A DNA stretch of 63,062 bases, counting the filler, from Octopus bimaculoides (taxonomy: Eukaryota): NCBI RefSeq assembly GCF_001194135.2. It is 7 parts of 7 records of this genome, joined end to end, with 100 filler letters (N's around TTAATTAATTAA, not from the genome) between each part and the next. Parts side by side here need not be neighbours in the genome. Positions count along the whole stretch, not along the records: positions 22,520 to 43,868 come from NC_069001.1; positions 43,969 to 51,003 come from NC_069006.1; 5 more parts are not named here. One strand, written 5' to 3'. The notes beneath the pieces are model-generated. The model searched no databases. It saw nothing but the letters and a program-made list of their open reading frames with translations, and was not told where the DNA came from. The position numbers were made by a program, and so were the translations under genes. Numbering within the stretch: the first letter of the stretch is position 1; each line of letters begins with the position of its first letter. This document shows, in pieces, positions 35,886 through 50,028 of the stretch.

Positions 35886-38430
35886 ACTTAACCGCTTCCA
35901 AATTGGAAGACCATTTACTGTGTGCATAAGAATAAATGAATGATTACCAACACTGAAGCGATATGGCGCTACATTGCTTAATAGTTGAATTGAGAGAACA
36001 GTTGTAGTCAGTGCATTAAATTCATATTCCCAATTCGATAACTTGTGACATATTTTTACTATATGTATGTATATATGTATGCATTTATGTATTAATGTAT
36101 ATATATATATGTTTGCATTCATGCATGTATGTATGTCTGTCCTGGATCTAACCATTTCAGTTTTTCCTGTGATGAAGGAGCTGGTTTCTAACAAATATAC
36201 AATTCCCCATCTTTTGAATGTAAATAACGAAGACAATGTCATATTGAGAAAAGTCTTGTATAGTTATACTTTTACCCTTACAGATTGTATTTATAACGTG
36301 TGAATCAGTTGATTTCTTTTAGTGAAAACCCAAGCTTATCCAGACTGATAGAAATTCACTTACAAAAGCAAGTGTTACAATTATTAACGTTATACATGTA
36401 AATTTATAATATGGATATAGAAGCTACAGGTTTCGAAGCAGTAGTCCATACATCTTTGCTTTCATTTTGAGTTTTAAAGAGATATTCACATCAGTAGAAC
36501 ATCTGCCCTCTATAGCGTTACATACATTCTGTTGTGTGTCCCAAACAGTAATATCCCACCTGCTTTGTTTACATTTGACAAATGTTTTGCTGAGAAAGTT
36601 CCACCAGTATTTCTTCGTCTGGTATTTGTGTAGGTATTCAAACACAGGCGATTCTCTTTATATAATCCAGAATAGTGTTTTTTTTTTTTTTCGAATAGCA
36701 ATTTGGACAGCTGCTAATTATATGCGTGATGTCTTCCACATAAATATTAACTACATTTAAAATCCATACTGGAACTCAAAGTGCTTGGCTATCACTTTTG
36801 TTAATTAGGTATTTAGCAGCAATCTCTTGTTCTTGGATTGCAAATGACATTTAACTGTGGAGTGAGGTAGCGGTCACGAGTCCAAGAGAGGCTTCACTAC
36901 ATACTCATGCATGATCTTTCTTTGATGTGCTGAGCGTTTCACTTCAAGTCTTTATGAGGGTTGCTAGTCTAGCTAAATTTGGATTGTATGGAACATAATC
37001 AGGAAGGGAGTACTTCTTGCGCTCCTTTCCAACAGGTAAGATATTTGTTTCGCCACTTTTCAACATAAGTTTAATGTATTTATTATTGCTGTTGTTGCTT
37101 TGTACAGTCGGAGAAGCAATGTGCCAGATTTGAAGGCTGTTTGCATTGATTTAACATCCCTGCCTCTTTTATCTCCTCTAAGTAATCACTGTCGATATCA
37201 TTATTTCTGTGGAGATTTCCAGTTCATTGTTCGAATCTTCAAGGTTTCTATGTATGTATGTATGTATGTATGCATGTACGTATACGTGTGTGTGTGTATG
37301 TATGTATGAGTATTATGTATACACAGACACACGTGTGTGTGTGTATATATATATATATATGTGTTTTACCGTATTTAAGCACACACACCTATATTAGGTA
37401 TGTACATATATTGATATATAAATATGTGTGGGTAGAGAAAGATATATAGAGGCAGAGAGAGATAGGAACGAGAGAGATACACAGGTTGACAGTTATGTAT
37501 ATATATATATGTATAGGTGTATGTAGCATTATGCGTACATATTGGTCAAAATTTGTATATAATATATTCCTCTATCCGTATGTATGTATGCATGCATAAA
37601 TGTGTGTGTATGTATGTATGTATGTATGTGTGTGTTTGTGAGTCTGTTTGTAGGTGTGTGTTTGTGAGTGTGTGTGACAACGACCAGATTTATTTATGGT
37701 AGTTTGTGCTGTGTCCATACTGCATACATAGACCCACACATTGATACCTTTAAAGACTCTTATATATACGCTACTACAATCACCGAGAACGCTACGCAAT
37801 GTACTTTGATGTGAACATCTGAATTTCCTATTTACTCAGCCATTTACACAATCACATATAAATATATGTACGATCTTCTGCACAAACACAACCACCCAAA
37901 ATTGTGTGCCTATGTATACGTATATATCTCTGTATGAATATGTGTGTGCGTGTGTGCCTTAGTTCTCTACTTCTGCACAGAGTAACTATAGTTATTTTGT
38001 TAGGACCGCCTTTTCTACTCAGTATCTACCGGTTTGTTTTACGATTTTTCCAATAGCTAACTGTTCCATATAGAGTGTGTGTTAATTTTATGTTATATTA
38101 TCCTTTTGATCTCTTTGCCACGTTTAATAATAATTGACGCTTGATTTTTAATTGTTAGTTAATTAATAATTACTGATTGATGATAAATTTATAATTAATT
38201 ATTTAATTAATTATTAAGTCAAGTATTTTGAATAAATCTTTAACTATTTCTATTTATCAATATGTACGTAGCGTGTATGGAGAAGTAACCATGTAGACAA
38301 ATACGTGTGTGAATGCATATAGACGTACACACACATACTCACACTCACACACAACGCACAGGCACTCACACACATACACACAAATATGCATATGTATACG
38401 TGTACATATACACAAAGGCTGAGTGTATAT

Positions 38431-38845
38431 ATAGGCGCAGGAGCGACAGTGAGGTAAGTAGCTTGCTTACTAACCACATGGTTCAAGGCTTTAGTTCCAC
38501 CTCGTGGCCACTTGGGTAAATGTTTTCGACTATATTCACGGACAGACCAAAGTATTGTGAGTGGATTTGGTAGAAGGAAACTGAAAAATGACTTTAGCTA
38601 TATATATGTAAATATTTGTGTGTCAGTGTTTTCCCCTCCCCACTAACATCACTTCACAACCGATGTTTCTATGTTTACAACCTTGAAATCTAGCTGTTCG
38701 GCAAAACTGATCGATAGAATAAGTACTAGAATTAAAAAGAATAAGTCCTCGGGTTGATTTGGAACAATAAAGTCGGTGCTCTATCAAGGCTCTATCAGTC
38801 AAATGACTGAAACAAATGAATGAATAAAAAAATAAAAGAATATAT
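38431..38845 (+). mobile_element. Composite SINE family B, full length, diverged
   Basis: TATAGGCGCAGGAGCGAC head...TTGTGAGTGGATTTGGTAGAAGGAAACTG...GATAGAATAAGTACTAG...CAGTCAAATGACTGAAACAA. Confidence 0.8.
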
Positions 38846-38854
38846 GCGTGTATG

Positions 38855-38904
<50 letters not shown>

Positions 38905-39639
38905 CATGTGCATATATATACACACATATACACACACATATACACACATAAATACACATATAAATTGTTATAAAATCATACGCATACATATTCGTATATG
39001 TTTGTATACACAAGTATAGGAGTATACACACAAATATTCACAAATACGTATAAAATTATGAATGTCAGTCAATATTCTTTTCTCGAATCTTATTCAATCT
39101 TTTCGCATAGACTTGAAGTCTTATGTATGAGCACCACCAAGAAATTAAAGAAGCAAACTGTACACACTTTGCATAGTTTTAATATAATTTTTAATAAATC
39201 TTATATTGTGTTTGTCGACCTGTTTCGGTAATCATGACATTAAAATTTATTTAATTACGTATTTTATTAAAGAAAAATATTATTGTCCATGTTGTATCAT
39301 TCATTCAAAAATCCCAAACACAAGTAGAAAAATCTAAGGGGATGTAATTGGTTATCGTTATTATAGTAGACAGGGGAGATAATTGTTCATCTTTTAGTGG
39401 GTACTGGATAGATATATATATATATATATACACACACACAAAAAAATTCAAAACCTAGAGTGGTGGGGAGAAATGTCTACGGTGATGGGTGTGTAATCGT
39501 TAATTAAAATATGTACAGAGATCAAAGTGTGAATATTTAGACGTGTTCTGTATTTTTCGATGAATACATTTTCTTTATTTAACCGTTCTTGTATAGAAAT
39601 TGTATCTTTGCACTGGTAGAAGGGAAAAACTGTGAAATT

Positions 39640-41225
39640 TGGTTTGATGTTAGCTGCACATCACTTAAAGGAATCTATCTGTATTGCGGGAACTGGATCT
39701 GCTCTTTATGGAGAATGGTTATCCGTTTCAATACTATACTCGTCAGTACTATATAGTGATGTCCACAACCCGAGCAGGTTCATACGGAAATTAGGTTCTC
39801 AGAGGCACAAGTGAAATTGGTTTTAATTGAGAATCTCTCTCCATGTTTGAAAAGGAAATCCGAGCCTTCAAGTAGCTTGGGGCATGTTACACAGTTTGGG
39901 TGTGCACATTTTTTAACCGTTGGTTTCGTGGTTGTTGTCTAAAGATTCGCATTGTTAGAAGTCACTTCAGCGACTTGTATTCGATGAATTTATGTGCTTT
40001 CAAGATGTTTATTTTTGGGTCTCTAGTTATTAAAGGAAGATTTTGCACAATAGTGTTGTATGCCCCATTGTTTCTAGCTTTGTGAGTTGATACATACACC
40101 AGTGATTTGAGATGAGGTGTGGTGTTATGTTTTGTTGTCTAATTTCTTGGCACGGTTAATTCAATAGTCTATGAATGAGGGTGGATATTGTCTTTCAGTT
40201 AGTGTTGTTTTGAGGTCTTGAAGAAGAAGGTCCCGAATATTTTCTATCAGACACTATTTTGCAAGTCCTTTTCGCCAAATTAACGGGGGTATTCATTTTG
40301 ATGTGTTTCGGGTAGCATGAGCTAAAAAGTAGATATTGCTTTGAGTTCGTTTGTTTATGAGAGATGCCAGTTATAATTTGTTTGTTGACTTTTTTTTAAA
40401 TCATATTATCCAAAAATGGGAGATGCCCTTTGCTATATTCCATTATGAACTGAATGTTGCTAATTTTATCATTTAGTGTTGATTTGAAATCCAAACGTTT
40501 TTCAATGGTCTCCTTCCAAATGATAAAACAGTCATCCAGGTATCTTTTCCAGTTTTCTCTTATGTAATGGTGAAATGGATAACCATATATTTGCAGTGAC
40601 ACTAATATATGGTGAATTCAAAATAACCCATTATCACGTTCGCAAGAACAGGGGCTGCTTTCGTTCCCATCGCAATTCTAAATTTTTGACGATAGTAGGT
40701 GTTAACAAATAGGAAATAATAGTTCTGAAGTATAAATTTTAATGATTCAATAATAAAGACCTGATTTATTCGTTTCGGAAATACTTCAGAATACTTTTCC
40801 AACCAGAATTTGATTGCTTTTATTCCATAGTCATGTGGGATGTTGGTGTAAAGATTGATAACAGCAAAGGAAATCAATAATGCCTGTTCATTAATTGTTT
40901 TGGTAGCATGTCTATATCGTCTCTAATGAAAGTGTTGATGTATTGCAGCAAAGGTTTCAGTAGGATGTCAAGAAAATTGCTTAGGCGTTGGTTTCCATAG
41001 GCTGGGCCATCTATAACGGGGCCTAACTTTCAGTCTTCTAGCGCTTTGATATTTATGTAATTGCCTGGTGATTGTCTGCAGGCTTTGTTAGCTATCTTGC
41101 TCTCGTGTATTTTAGATATGCCGTAAAAAAGGCTAGGTTTACATTCGAAATTTGGGATGTAATCTGTTTCTTATTCTACCAGGCCATTTCCATGTACAAT
41201 TTTTCGTTGTGTTATGCTGTTTATA
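39640..41225 (-). mobile_element. Penelope-like element (RT plus GIY-YIG, Neptune-like), degenerate
   Basis: FYGISKIH, RLSNFLDILLKP, LYTNIPH, IAMGTKAAP, WKRYLDDCF, LPFLD, CVTC...FTCASENLI..CSGCG. Confidence 0.85.
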
Positions 41226-41237
41226 GTTTACAACTTA

Positions 41238-41283
<46 letters not shown>

Positions 41284-41439
41284 TAATGAGATATAGATAG
41301 ACAGACAGATATACAGATAGATAGATAGTTTATGCACCGCATCTTGTGTCTATCTGTCTTCTAAACAACGCAAAAATGAAAATAAAACTTACTTCTCATT
41401 ACCACAATTAAATAAAAATACATTGAAATACTAAAGATT

Positions 41440-41990
41440 AAATTCATTCAATAAAATTGACATTGGCTTCAAACACGGCCTCCAGACGTCTTCAAAATCA
41501 CCTGCCACACTTTTGCACGGTCTCTGTTTTAGTTGGTGAACGTTGCCATAATCTTTGCCTTCAATTCATTTGTTGAGTTAGGTGACCAGATTATAGCAAT
41601 GATGTGGTTGCAGAAATTGTGTGACAGCCATTACTGGGTTCGTTTGTGTGGCATGGTGCAAAATCCTGTAACCAGACATATAGTCTTTCATCAGCCACCT
41701 TGAGCCAAGGAAGTACTATCTCCTCCAAGCACTTGGTGTAGGCCTCCAAGTTGAGATTGTGACTGTGTGCAAAGATGAATGGAGGCATAATGTCGCTATC
41801 ACTAGTGATCACTCCAAACACCATGATGTTGACTCGATGTTTAATTTTCATCATTCTCGGTACATGTCTCAGATTGCACTATCCTCTGATTGACACCCAA
41901 ACACTCTGAGATGTTCGTATTGAAGCTTCTGTTGCAACTGCAAAGCCTTTCAGCATGTTGTTTCCAAACTTCTGGCAGAGTCATGGTGCT
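41440..41990 (-). mobile_element. maT-like (Tc1/mariner) deletion derivative
   Basis: N-terminal MTLPEVWKQHA...NISECLGVNQR joined to KHRVNIMVFGVITSDSDIMPPFIF...WLQDFAPCHT, WSPNS, and C-terminal RRLEAVFEAN. Confidence 0.8.
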
Positions 41991-42089
41991 ACTTTGCTTA
42001 CAAAATGTACCCAGCTGATCATAGTATTCTATGTACTCAACAAAATCAAAAACAAATAATGGGCATTCTTGAAATTAAAAATATATTAT

Positions 42090-42738
42090 GGTGACAACCT
42101 ATCCATCGCACCAAATTTTCTTTATTCGGCTCTAATATTCTTTTGTGACACACGTTTTGTCATAGGTGCCATTGTAAGATACATTTTCATTCTCTAGATA
42201 CCTGTAACATCCCTTGTCAGATGCAGGAGAAACAATCAAATATTTCATGGATATATTACTGGCCTGGTTGAAAGTTTTCCCCCCTTTTTTACAACCATAT
42301 AACAACATTTATCCTGACCAAACTTCAACCATTTGAGAGTATTGTAATTAGGTCAAGACTCCTTTTCATCTCGTGCATATTCTTTGCATAAAGTCGTTCG
42401 TCATCCACAAAGAAACAGCGTGTAATTTTGATATTTCTGTTTCCTTGTGAACCAGTGAGATATCATTCAAACTTCCGTAACATGAATGACAAATAGCTTA
42501 CAGAAAGTATAAACAACATTACAGAGAGGCTGTCTGCTTGGAATATGCCTTTGCGATACTGTATCCTCTTGGTGACAATACAGTCACTCTTTGTGTTCAA
42601 TTTCAAGATGGTGGCCCACAATGAAGTCAAGTTAGCCATGGCTCAGATTATTCTCACTGAAACTTTATCAAGTTGAAAGGCCACTTGCATCCATGAGTGG
42701 GAAACAGAGTCAAGGGCTTCCTTCTAGTCTAGCAGCTG
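42090..42738 (-). mobile_element. R4/Dong-like LINE RT core fragment
   Basis: LD*KEALDSVSHSW, YRKGIFQADSLS, FFVDD.RLYAKN, FGQDK, YRYL..ENVSY...KEY.SRIKKIW. Confidence 0.8.
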
Positions 42739-43968
42739 TATGTATGTATGTATGTATGTATGTATGTATGTATGTATGTATGCATGTATATAAATTCAAA
42801 GTATATAAATTCGTTATTGCATATCGGAAAATAATTTCGTTGACGCAAAATGTATGATATGTAAATGCCTAGTGAGAAGAACAACATGGCTCTATACCGA
42901 CAGTCGTTCAGGCGTTGAGAATGTGCTAGTATTGGAATATTTGTTAAATGACGTATTAGAGATTTTAGATGTAACGCTTATATTTTTGCCAAAATGGGAG
43001 ATCATCTGTGAGTTTACAGCTACAATGCATGGGGTGGGTGTGTGGGATGATCTTAAATAATTTTTCTGCAGCAACCTTACTTATATTGTGAATAATTACT
43101 GTTGGTGTGATTCAAAGTGGTAACTTAGTAACAAATCCTCCATTACAGAAATAAAGAAGAATAAAAACGTTCCAGAGTTATGTGTGTGTGTGTGTGTGTG
43201 TGCGTGTGTGCGTGTATGTGTGTATGTGTGTGTGTGTGCGGATGCGTATGAACGTGTGCATACGTGTGTATGTGTGTGTGTTTATATGTATGACAAAAAT
43301 CATACACACACACACACCTTCACATACGCCCACTCATGTTGATTTGGTACAACAAACGGAAGGACGTTAATTTTGTAACTTTCTGCCTATAAAAAAAATG
43401 ATAAAAAAATATATATATATATATTTCATGTATACTTACATACACACGAACAAACCCACAAACACACACAGACACACACATATACATATACATTATGTGT
43501 ATCTGTATATATATATATAAATACATACATATACACATGTATGTATATATAAATACATGCTTATACATATGTATGTGTATATATATATATCTATATATAT
43601 ATATTTAAAATATATATGCTTATATATATATATATATATAAAAAATATTATGTATGTATATGAATTTATAATGCAATAATTACATGACAGGAAGTCATGA
43701 ACTGATGTTGAATATTCGTTGAATAATTGTGACATAGAAATTGATCAGATGATTGAATTAGATTCGGTAGTTAACAAAGGAACGCTCTATTACCGCTTCG
43801 TTCCTAGATGATTATGGATGATTCTATCGTGACACTTCATATAAAGATGATGTTTAAAAGTTAAGACANNNNNNNNNNNNNNNNNNNNNNNNNNNNNNNN
43901 NNNNNNNNNNNNTTAATTAATTAANNNNNNNNNNNNNNNNNNNNNNNNNNNNNNNNNNNNNNNNNNNN

Positions 43969-44029
<61 letters not shown>

Positions 44030-44469
44030 TTAGTACATATATATATACATATATATTCACACCCTGTCTATCCCAGACCACTCCCACCAGAAAATATAAT
44101 GTAAAATAAATAGAGATAAATTAGAACAGAAAGCAATAGAGAGAGAGGGGGGTAATGAAGAGCGAATATGGGGAGGTAGAGGGGTAGGAAGAATGAACAG
44201 GAGAGCAAGAGAGAGAGAGAGAGAGAGAGAGAGGGAAGGGGGGATCTGTGCTCATTTGTCCATCACATATGTATTAATATGTGTGTGAGTATGTGTGTTT
44301 GTGTGGGTGTGGAGTAAACTTGGTGCTTTGTATCGGAATTATGTAAGTATGCATGTGTGTATACATATTTATGTGTGTGTGTATGTGTGTATATATATAT
44401 ATATGCATATATTTGTGTATATATGTGTATATACATATATATATGTATATATATATGTACACAAATATA

Positions 44470-44506
<37 letters not shown>

Positions 44507-44724
44507 GTACGTATACATTTCTCTCTCTCTCTTTACATACATTTATGTATATTTCTATCATGTGATCATGTGATTAAGCTGACAATTGGACATTGTTACA
44601 CATCACTGGTCACAATGCACTTTGATTTGTTCTAGCCTCCAAACGATGCCACCCTGCTGGCTAGGTGAGCAACCCCACCATTTCCCACTGATTGGAAGGC
44701 TTTTTCTGTCATAGGGTGACCCCA

Positions 44725-44822
44725 TTACAGCTGAGTGGACTGCAGCAACATGAAATGAAGGGTTTTTCTCAAGAACCCTACGACAACCAGTTTGAGAATC
44801 ATATCTTTACCACTAGCGCATA
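44725..44822 (-). mobile_element. CORE-like tRNA SINE (family D) fragment
   Basis: CAGCTGAGTGGACTGCAGCAACATGAAATGAAGGG..CTCAAG...CTTTACCACTAG. Confidence 0.55.
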
Positions 44823-45080
44823 CACCTTCAATATGCTTTTATATATACTTACGTATATNNNNNNNNNNNNNNNNNNNNNNNNNNNNNNNNNNNNNNNNNN
44901 NNNNNNNNNNNNNNNNNNNNNNNNNNNNNNNNNNNNNNNNNNNNNNNNNNNNNNNNNNNNNNNNNNNNNNNNNNNNNNNNNNNNNNNNNNNNNNNNNNNN
45001 NNNNNNNNNNNNNNNNNNNNNNNNNNNNNNNNNNNNNNNNNNNNNNNNNNNNNNNNNNNNNNNNNNNNNNNNNNNNNNNC

Positions 45081-45165
45081 TACGGCTGGACGACTTTCCT
45101 GACACCAACCACTCTGAGAGTGTAATGGGTGCTTTTATGTGCCACCAGCATGGATGCCATTTGTG
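45081..45165 (-). mobile_element. Fragment of the (CAT)n-tailed retroposon family C
   Basis: TACGGCTGGACGACTTTCCTGACACCAACCACTC...ATGTGCCACCAGCA; homologous to 48660-48720. Confidence 0.65.
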
Positions 45166-45261
45166 TGACGCTAGTATCTGCCATGACTGCTTGATGGGTC
45201 TTCTTCTCAAGCACAACATAATGCCAAAATTCTCGGTCATTGCTTCTGTGAGACCCACCAT

Positions 45262-45595
45262 TTGAAGACTGTGGCCATGCTGGAGCACCGCCTTTAGTCG
45301 AGCAAATCGACCCCAGGACTTATTCTTTGTAAGCCTAGCACTTATTCTATCGGTCTCTTTTGCCGAACCGCTAAGTTATGGGGACATAAACACACCAGCA
45401 TTGGTTGTCAAGCAATGTTGGAGGGACAAACACAGAAACACAAACATATACACACACACACACATACATAAATATATACGATGGGCTTCTTTCAGTTTCT
45501 GTCTACCAAATCCACTCACAAGGCTTTGGTCAGCCCGAGGCTATAGTAGGAGACACTTGCCCAAGGTGCCACGCATGTGGTTTGTAAGCAAGCTA
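45262..45595 (-). mobile_element. Composite SINE family B
   Basis: GGCCATGCTGGAGCACCGCC...CTTATTCTATCGGTCTCTTTTGCCGAACCGCTAAG...CCAAATCCACTCACAAGGC...TTGCCCAAGGTGCCACGC. Confidence 0.88.
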
Positions 45596-45994
45596 TGAGT
45601 GTGCACATAAGATTGTGTGTCATGATAATGATTATGCTGATGAGCAGCATGTTACATCTGATTTACGTGATGACAAGTGTAACCCCTACTGGCATGTGTT
45701 AGACATGTCATCATAATCCAGCTCATTTCATATAAGGAGCCACTGCCCCCATAGAATGAAGATCCCACAAGGCATTTTGCTACTTGGTTCCTACAGCCAG
45801 ATGTCCTTCTTATCAACAGCCACTGGCTACATTTACTTCTAGGACCCACACTAAAAAAGTTGATAAGGTCTCAGCGACACAGGACTAAATGGGGGTCACA
45901 ACTTTTTAGTTTACGGCAGTGTACAATATGTGAGTAGCATTGCCTTGCAAGGTAGTTTGTGAGACTGTCACTTATGGTACCATGTAGAAAGCAT

Positions 45995-46195
45995 TGGTAC
46001 TGCTACCATGCAAAAAGCACCCAGTACACTCTATGGAGCAGTTGGTGTTAGGAAGGGCATCCAGATGGAGAAACCACAGCCAAAAAAACAGACAATTGGA
46101 GTCTGGTGCAGCTTCTGGCCTTCCCAGGTTCGGTCAAACTGTCCAACCCATGCCAGCATGGAAAGCGGATGTCAAATGATGATGATGATAATGAT
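45995..46195 (+). mobile_element. 3' end of the (GAT)n-tailed retroposon family C (RTE-type tail)
   Basis: GGTGTTAGGAAGGGCATCCAG...CCAACCCATGCCAGCATGGAAAGCGGATGTCAAATGATGATG. Confidence 0.75.
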
Positions 46196-46359
46196 GTGTG
46201 TATGTGCATGCGTGTAGGCATGTGTATGTTTGTATGTATACATGTATGTATGTACATGTGTATATTCATGTGTACACACACACTCACACACACACATGCA
46301 CACATGCATACGTGCACACATGCACACACACGGACATACACGTGCACACACACACACAC

Positions 46360-46800
46360 GTGTGTGGCTGTGTGGTATGTATCTTTGTTACCAGCCACAT
46401 GGTACCGGGTTCAGTCCCACTGCATGGCTCCTTGGGCATCTGTCTTCCACTATAGCCTCGGGCCAACCAAAGCCTTGTGAGTGGGTTTGGTAGACGGAAA
46501 CTGAAAGAAGCCCGTCGTATATATATGTGTATGTGTGTATGTATGTATATATGTATGTGTGTGTGCATGTGTGTGTGTATATGTTTGTGTGTCTGTGTTT
46601 GTCCCTCTACCATCACTTGACAACTGATATTGGTATGTTTATGTCCCCCATAACTAAGTAGTCCAGTAAAAGAGACTGATAGAATATGTACTAGGCTTAC
46701 AAAGAATAAGTCCTGGAGTCGATTTGTTCGACTAAAGGCAGTGCTACAGCATGGCCACAGTCAAGTGACTGAAACAAGTAAAAGAACAAAAGAATATACA
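46360..46800 (+). mobile_element. Composite SINE family B, full length
   Basis: GGGTTCAGTCCCACTG B-box, CORE-like CCTTGGGCATCTGTCTTCCACTATAGCC, TA/TG tract, 3' GACTGAAACAAGTAAAAGA. Confidence 0.88.
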
Positions 46801-47434
46801 CATACATANNNNNNNNNNNNNNNNNNNNNNNNNNNNNNNNNNNNNNNNNNNNNNNNNNNNNNNNNNNNNNNNNNNNNNNNNNNNNNNNNNNNNNNNNNNN
46901 NNNNNNNNNNNNNNNNNNNNNNNNNNNNNNNNNNNNNNNNNNNNNNNNNNNNNNNNNNNNNNNNNNNNNNNNNNNNNNNNNNNNNNNNNNNNNNNNNNNN
47001 NNNNNNNNNNNNNNNNNNNNNNNNNNNNNNNNNNNNNNNNNNNNNNNNNTATATATATATATATATGTATATGTATGCATATATATACCCACATATACAT
47101 ATACCCACATATACATATATATATGTGGGTACATATGTATTGTATTTATATGTATGACTAACCTCAGAATATGGCAGTTTCTAATCAATCAAAGATGACA
47201 GAAATGTTTTAGACTCCAGCATCGTCATTTTTTTTTATGCTCTTGTTGTTTGTGTTGTTTTGTTTTTGTTTTACTTGATCCATATTTGTCTGGTCAGTTC
47301 AGTCTCCCCACACCATTCCAGCCAATCTCGAATGTCCAGCCAGACCGGTTTGACTGTCCAACATCCATCTAGATCTATCTATACATAATAGAGATGGACG
47401 AGTGTAGTTAGTGTATTTATATGCTCGTGACATG

Positions 47435-47601
47435 CATGTAGTGGTTGGCATGGTTGGATGGTCGAGAAGCTTGTTTCGTAACTGTGTGGTTTAGGGGTCA
47501 GTCCTCCTGCATGGCACTTTGGCCAAGCGGCTCCCAATATAACCAGGTTGATCAATGTCTTGTGGGTAAATTTGGTAGACGGAAACTGTAAGGAAGCATG
47601 T

Positions 47602-47632
<31 letters not shown>

Positions 47633-47938
47633 CTGTGCATGTGTGTGCATGTTGGTGTGTATGTCTATGTGTTTTTGTGTGTGTATATGTGTGTTATTGT
47701 GTGTGTGTGTGTGTGTTACTGCATGTGTGTGTGTTAGTGTATGTATTTGTGTGTATATGTATTTGTGTGCATGCGTGTTTGTGTATATGTGTGTGTTAGT
47801 GTGTGTATGCATATGTGTATGATTGTGTGTATATGTGTGTGTGATTTTATGCGTGTTTGTGCGTATGTATGTGTGTGTGATTTTGTGTGTATGTATGCAT
47901 GTGTTTGTGTGCATGTTTCTATGTGTGTTTGTATGTAT

Positions 47939-48010
<72 letters not shown>

Positions 48011-48290
48011 TTGTCCCTATACCACCATATGACATCCGGTCTTGATTTGCTTCCCCACCCCCAGTGACTTAGTGGTTTGACAAAAGAGATCGATAAGATG
48101 AGCATCAGCCTTATGAATATGTTCTCAGGTCCAGTTTATCTACTATTGACCAAATATAGGGGCCAAACAGCTCATTCCCTCCATCAAATCAACATTGCCT
48201 GTACAAGTTCAACTAAATCTGTTAAGATGGTGCCCCAGCATGGCCACAGTCTAACGACTGGAACAAGTGAAGGAATGACAGATAGTCTTG
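47435..48290 (+). mobile_element. Diverged composite SINE family B with its internal TG tract expanded to ~410 bp
   Basis: 5' half ends TTGGTAGACGGAAACTGTAAGGAAGC (~47600); 3' half resumes GTTTGTCCC (~48010) and ends CCAGCATGGCCACAGTC..GACTGGAACAAG. Confidence 0.7.
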
Positions 48291-48456
48291 GATTAGATTT
48301 GACAGAATAATCTGAATAATAATGGGTTAAAGCTTTATCTACTTCAAGCTTCACTGTTCCAAAGACAAAAACGATAAAGAATTATTTCACATTCTCTCGA
48401 AAGTTCGTAAAATTTCTGTCGACATAAGCAACATACAGTTCTTTCTGATAAGAACC

Positions 48457-48720
48457 ATCATCATCATCATCATCGCCATCATCATTGTCATCATCATCAG
48501 CATCATCATCATCGTCATCAACATCATCATCATCATCATCGTCTAACATCTGTCTTCTATTCTGGCATGGGTGAGACAGTTTTACAGGAGCTGGTGTGGT
48601 AGAAGACTGCACAGAGAACTCCAGGGCCTACTTTCACATGGCCTTTACAACCTGGTTGCCTTTCCTAATGCCAACCACTCTACAAAGTGGACGAAGTGCT
48701 TCTTATGTGCCACCAGCACC
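48457..48720 (-). mobile_element. Retroposon family C 3' end with (CAT)n tail
   Basis: (CAT)n 48457-48540, then TGGCATGGGTGAGAC...CCTTTCCTAATGCCAACCACTCTACAAAG...GTGCCACCAGCAC. Confidence 0.7.
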
Positions 48721-48775
48721 GGTTAGGTCTGCTTTGGCATGGTTTTTCAGCTGGAACCCATTTGAAGGATTGCTT

Positions 48776-48830
48776 TGGTGCAATGGTAGAACATCTGTCA
48801 TGTTTACAGGACATATGAGTTCAAATCCTT
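48776..48830 (+). mobile_element. Isolated tRNA-like SINE head
   Basis: TGGTGCAATGGTAG (A-box) ... GAGTTCAAATCC (B-box); no acceptor stem. Confidence 0.4.
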
Positions 48831-49379
48831 TTGGCAGCCTTCAACTTTTTTCTGCTCAAAGGGCTTTTTTTTTAACCCAATATTTACTCTATAGCTTTAT
48901 CTGCTTCAAGTTTCACCATTCCAGAACAGAATTACCTCAATGTTTTACAATCTAATAAGTCGGTGGAGCTTATTTTTAAAATTGTGTCACAGAGATCATG
49001 TTGTTTGTCTGTTTTGGTTGTTTTACAGAATTCTCCTCTTCTACAGAAGCAACACAAAACAGTTTCCTAATTCTCAATTACCAACCGTAATTAATTAGCT
49101 AAGCTTAATTTTTTTTTTTTTAATTGAAGCATGCTATCTTTATTTCTAAATTTTAGTGGATTTGCTGTTATCATTTAATAAATTATTAGTTTTATGTGAC
49201 TCGGACATGTTCGTTTTCGTCTCTAATTACTGATAAACATTTCTCTCTTATCACATCAACATATTACTACTTGTTGTTCTTGTGTTTGTTGTTGCTGTTC
49301 TTGTTGTTGCTTATTCAGATAGGGCTGACATTGTTTCATGTTTTGGGTTAAGTACCGGGTTTTTTTTTTAATTTCTTAA

Positions 49380-49619
49380 GTGTATGTGTGTAAGTGTATG
49401 TGTGTGAGTGTATGTGTGTGTATGCGACTGTGTGTGTAAATGTGTGTGAGTGTGTATGTGTGTGTATATGTGTGTATGTGTGTGTGTATCTGCGTGCATG
49501 TATGTGNNNNNNNNNNGTATGTGTGTGTGTATCTGCGTGCATGTATGTGAGTATATGTGTAAGTGTGTGTGTGAGTGTGTGTAAGTGTATGTGTGTAAGT
49601 TTGTGTATGTGTATGCGCA

Positions 49620-49676
<57 letters not shown>

Positions 49677-49688
49677 GTNNNNNNNNNN

Positions 49689-49740
<52 letters not shown>
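49380..49740. repeat. (TG)n-rich microsatellite block
   Basis: Direct read with two short N-runs. Confidence 0.95.
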
Positions 49741-49742
<2 letters not shown>

Positions 49743-49762
49743 GTGTGGTTATCCATTTCTTA

Positions 49763-50028
49763 CAATGGTTCTCAATGAAGGTCCACATGACCCTTGGCAG
49801 GGTCCCTATAAGATATTTTTTGCAAAAATTTTATCAGCAATAAATTTGTTCTACTTTTTACAAGACACAAAATATGTTCCCAATATTTGTTTATAGAATT
49901 CCAAATAATATTTAAATTACAGAAACCACTACAGAGATTTTCAAAACACCAAATGGTTATTAGGGTCCATTGGAATAAAAACAGCAATCAAAGGGGCCCA
50001 TAGGCAAAAAAATGATCGAGTGACACTG
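49763..50028. mobile_element. hAT (Charlie-like) MITE
   Basis: Left end CAATGGTTCTCAA, degenerate right end GATCGAGTGACACTG; flanking 8-mers ATTTCTTA / ATTTATAA (6 of 8 match, consistent with an 8-bp hAT TSD). Confidence 0.6.

Noticed and set aside
36424-36645. 73-aa minus-strand ORF with faint GIY-YIG-like feel
   Set aside because: No diagnostic motif could be aligned
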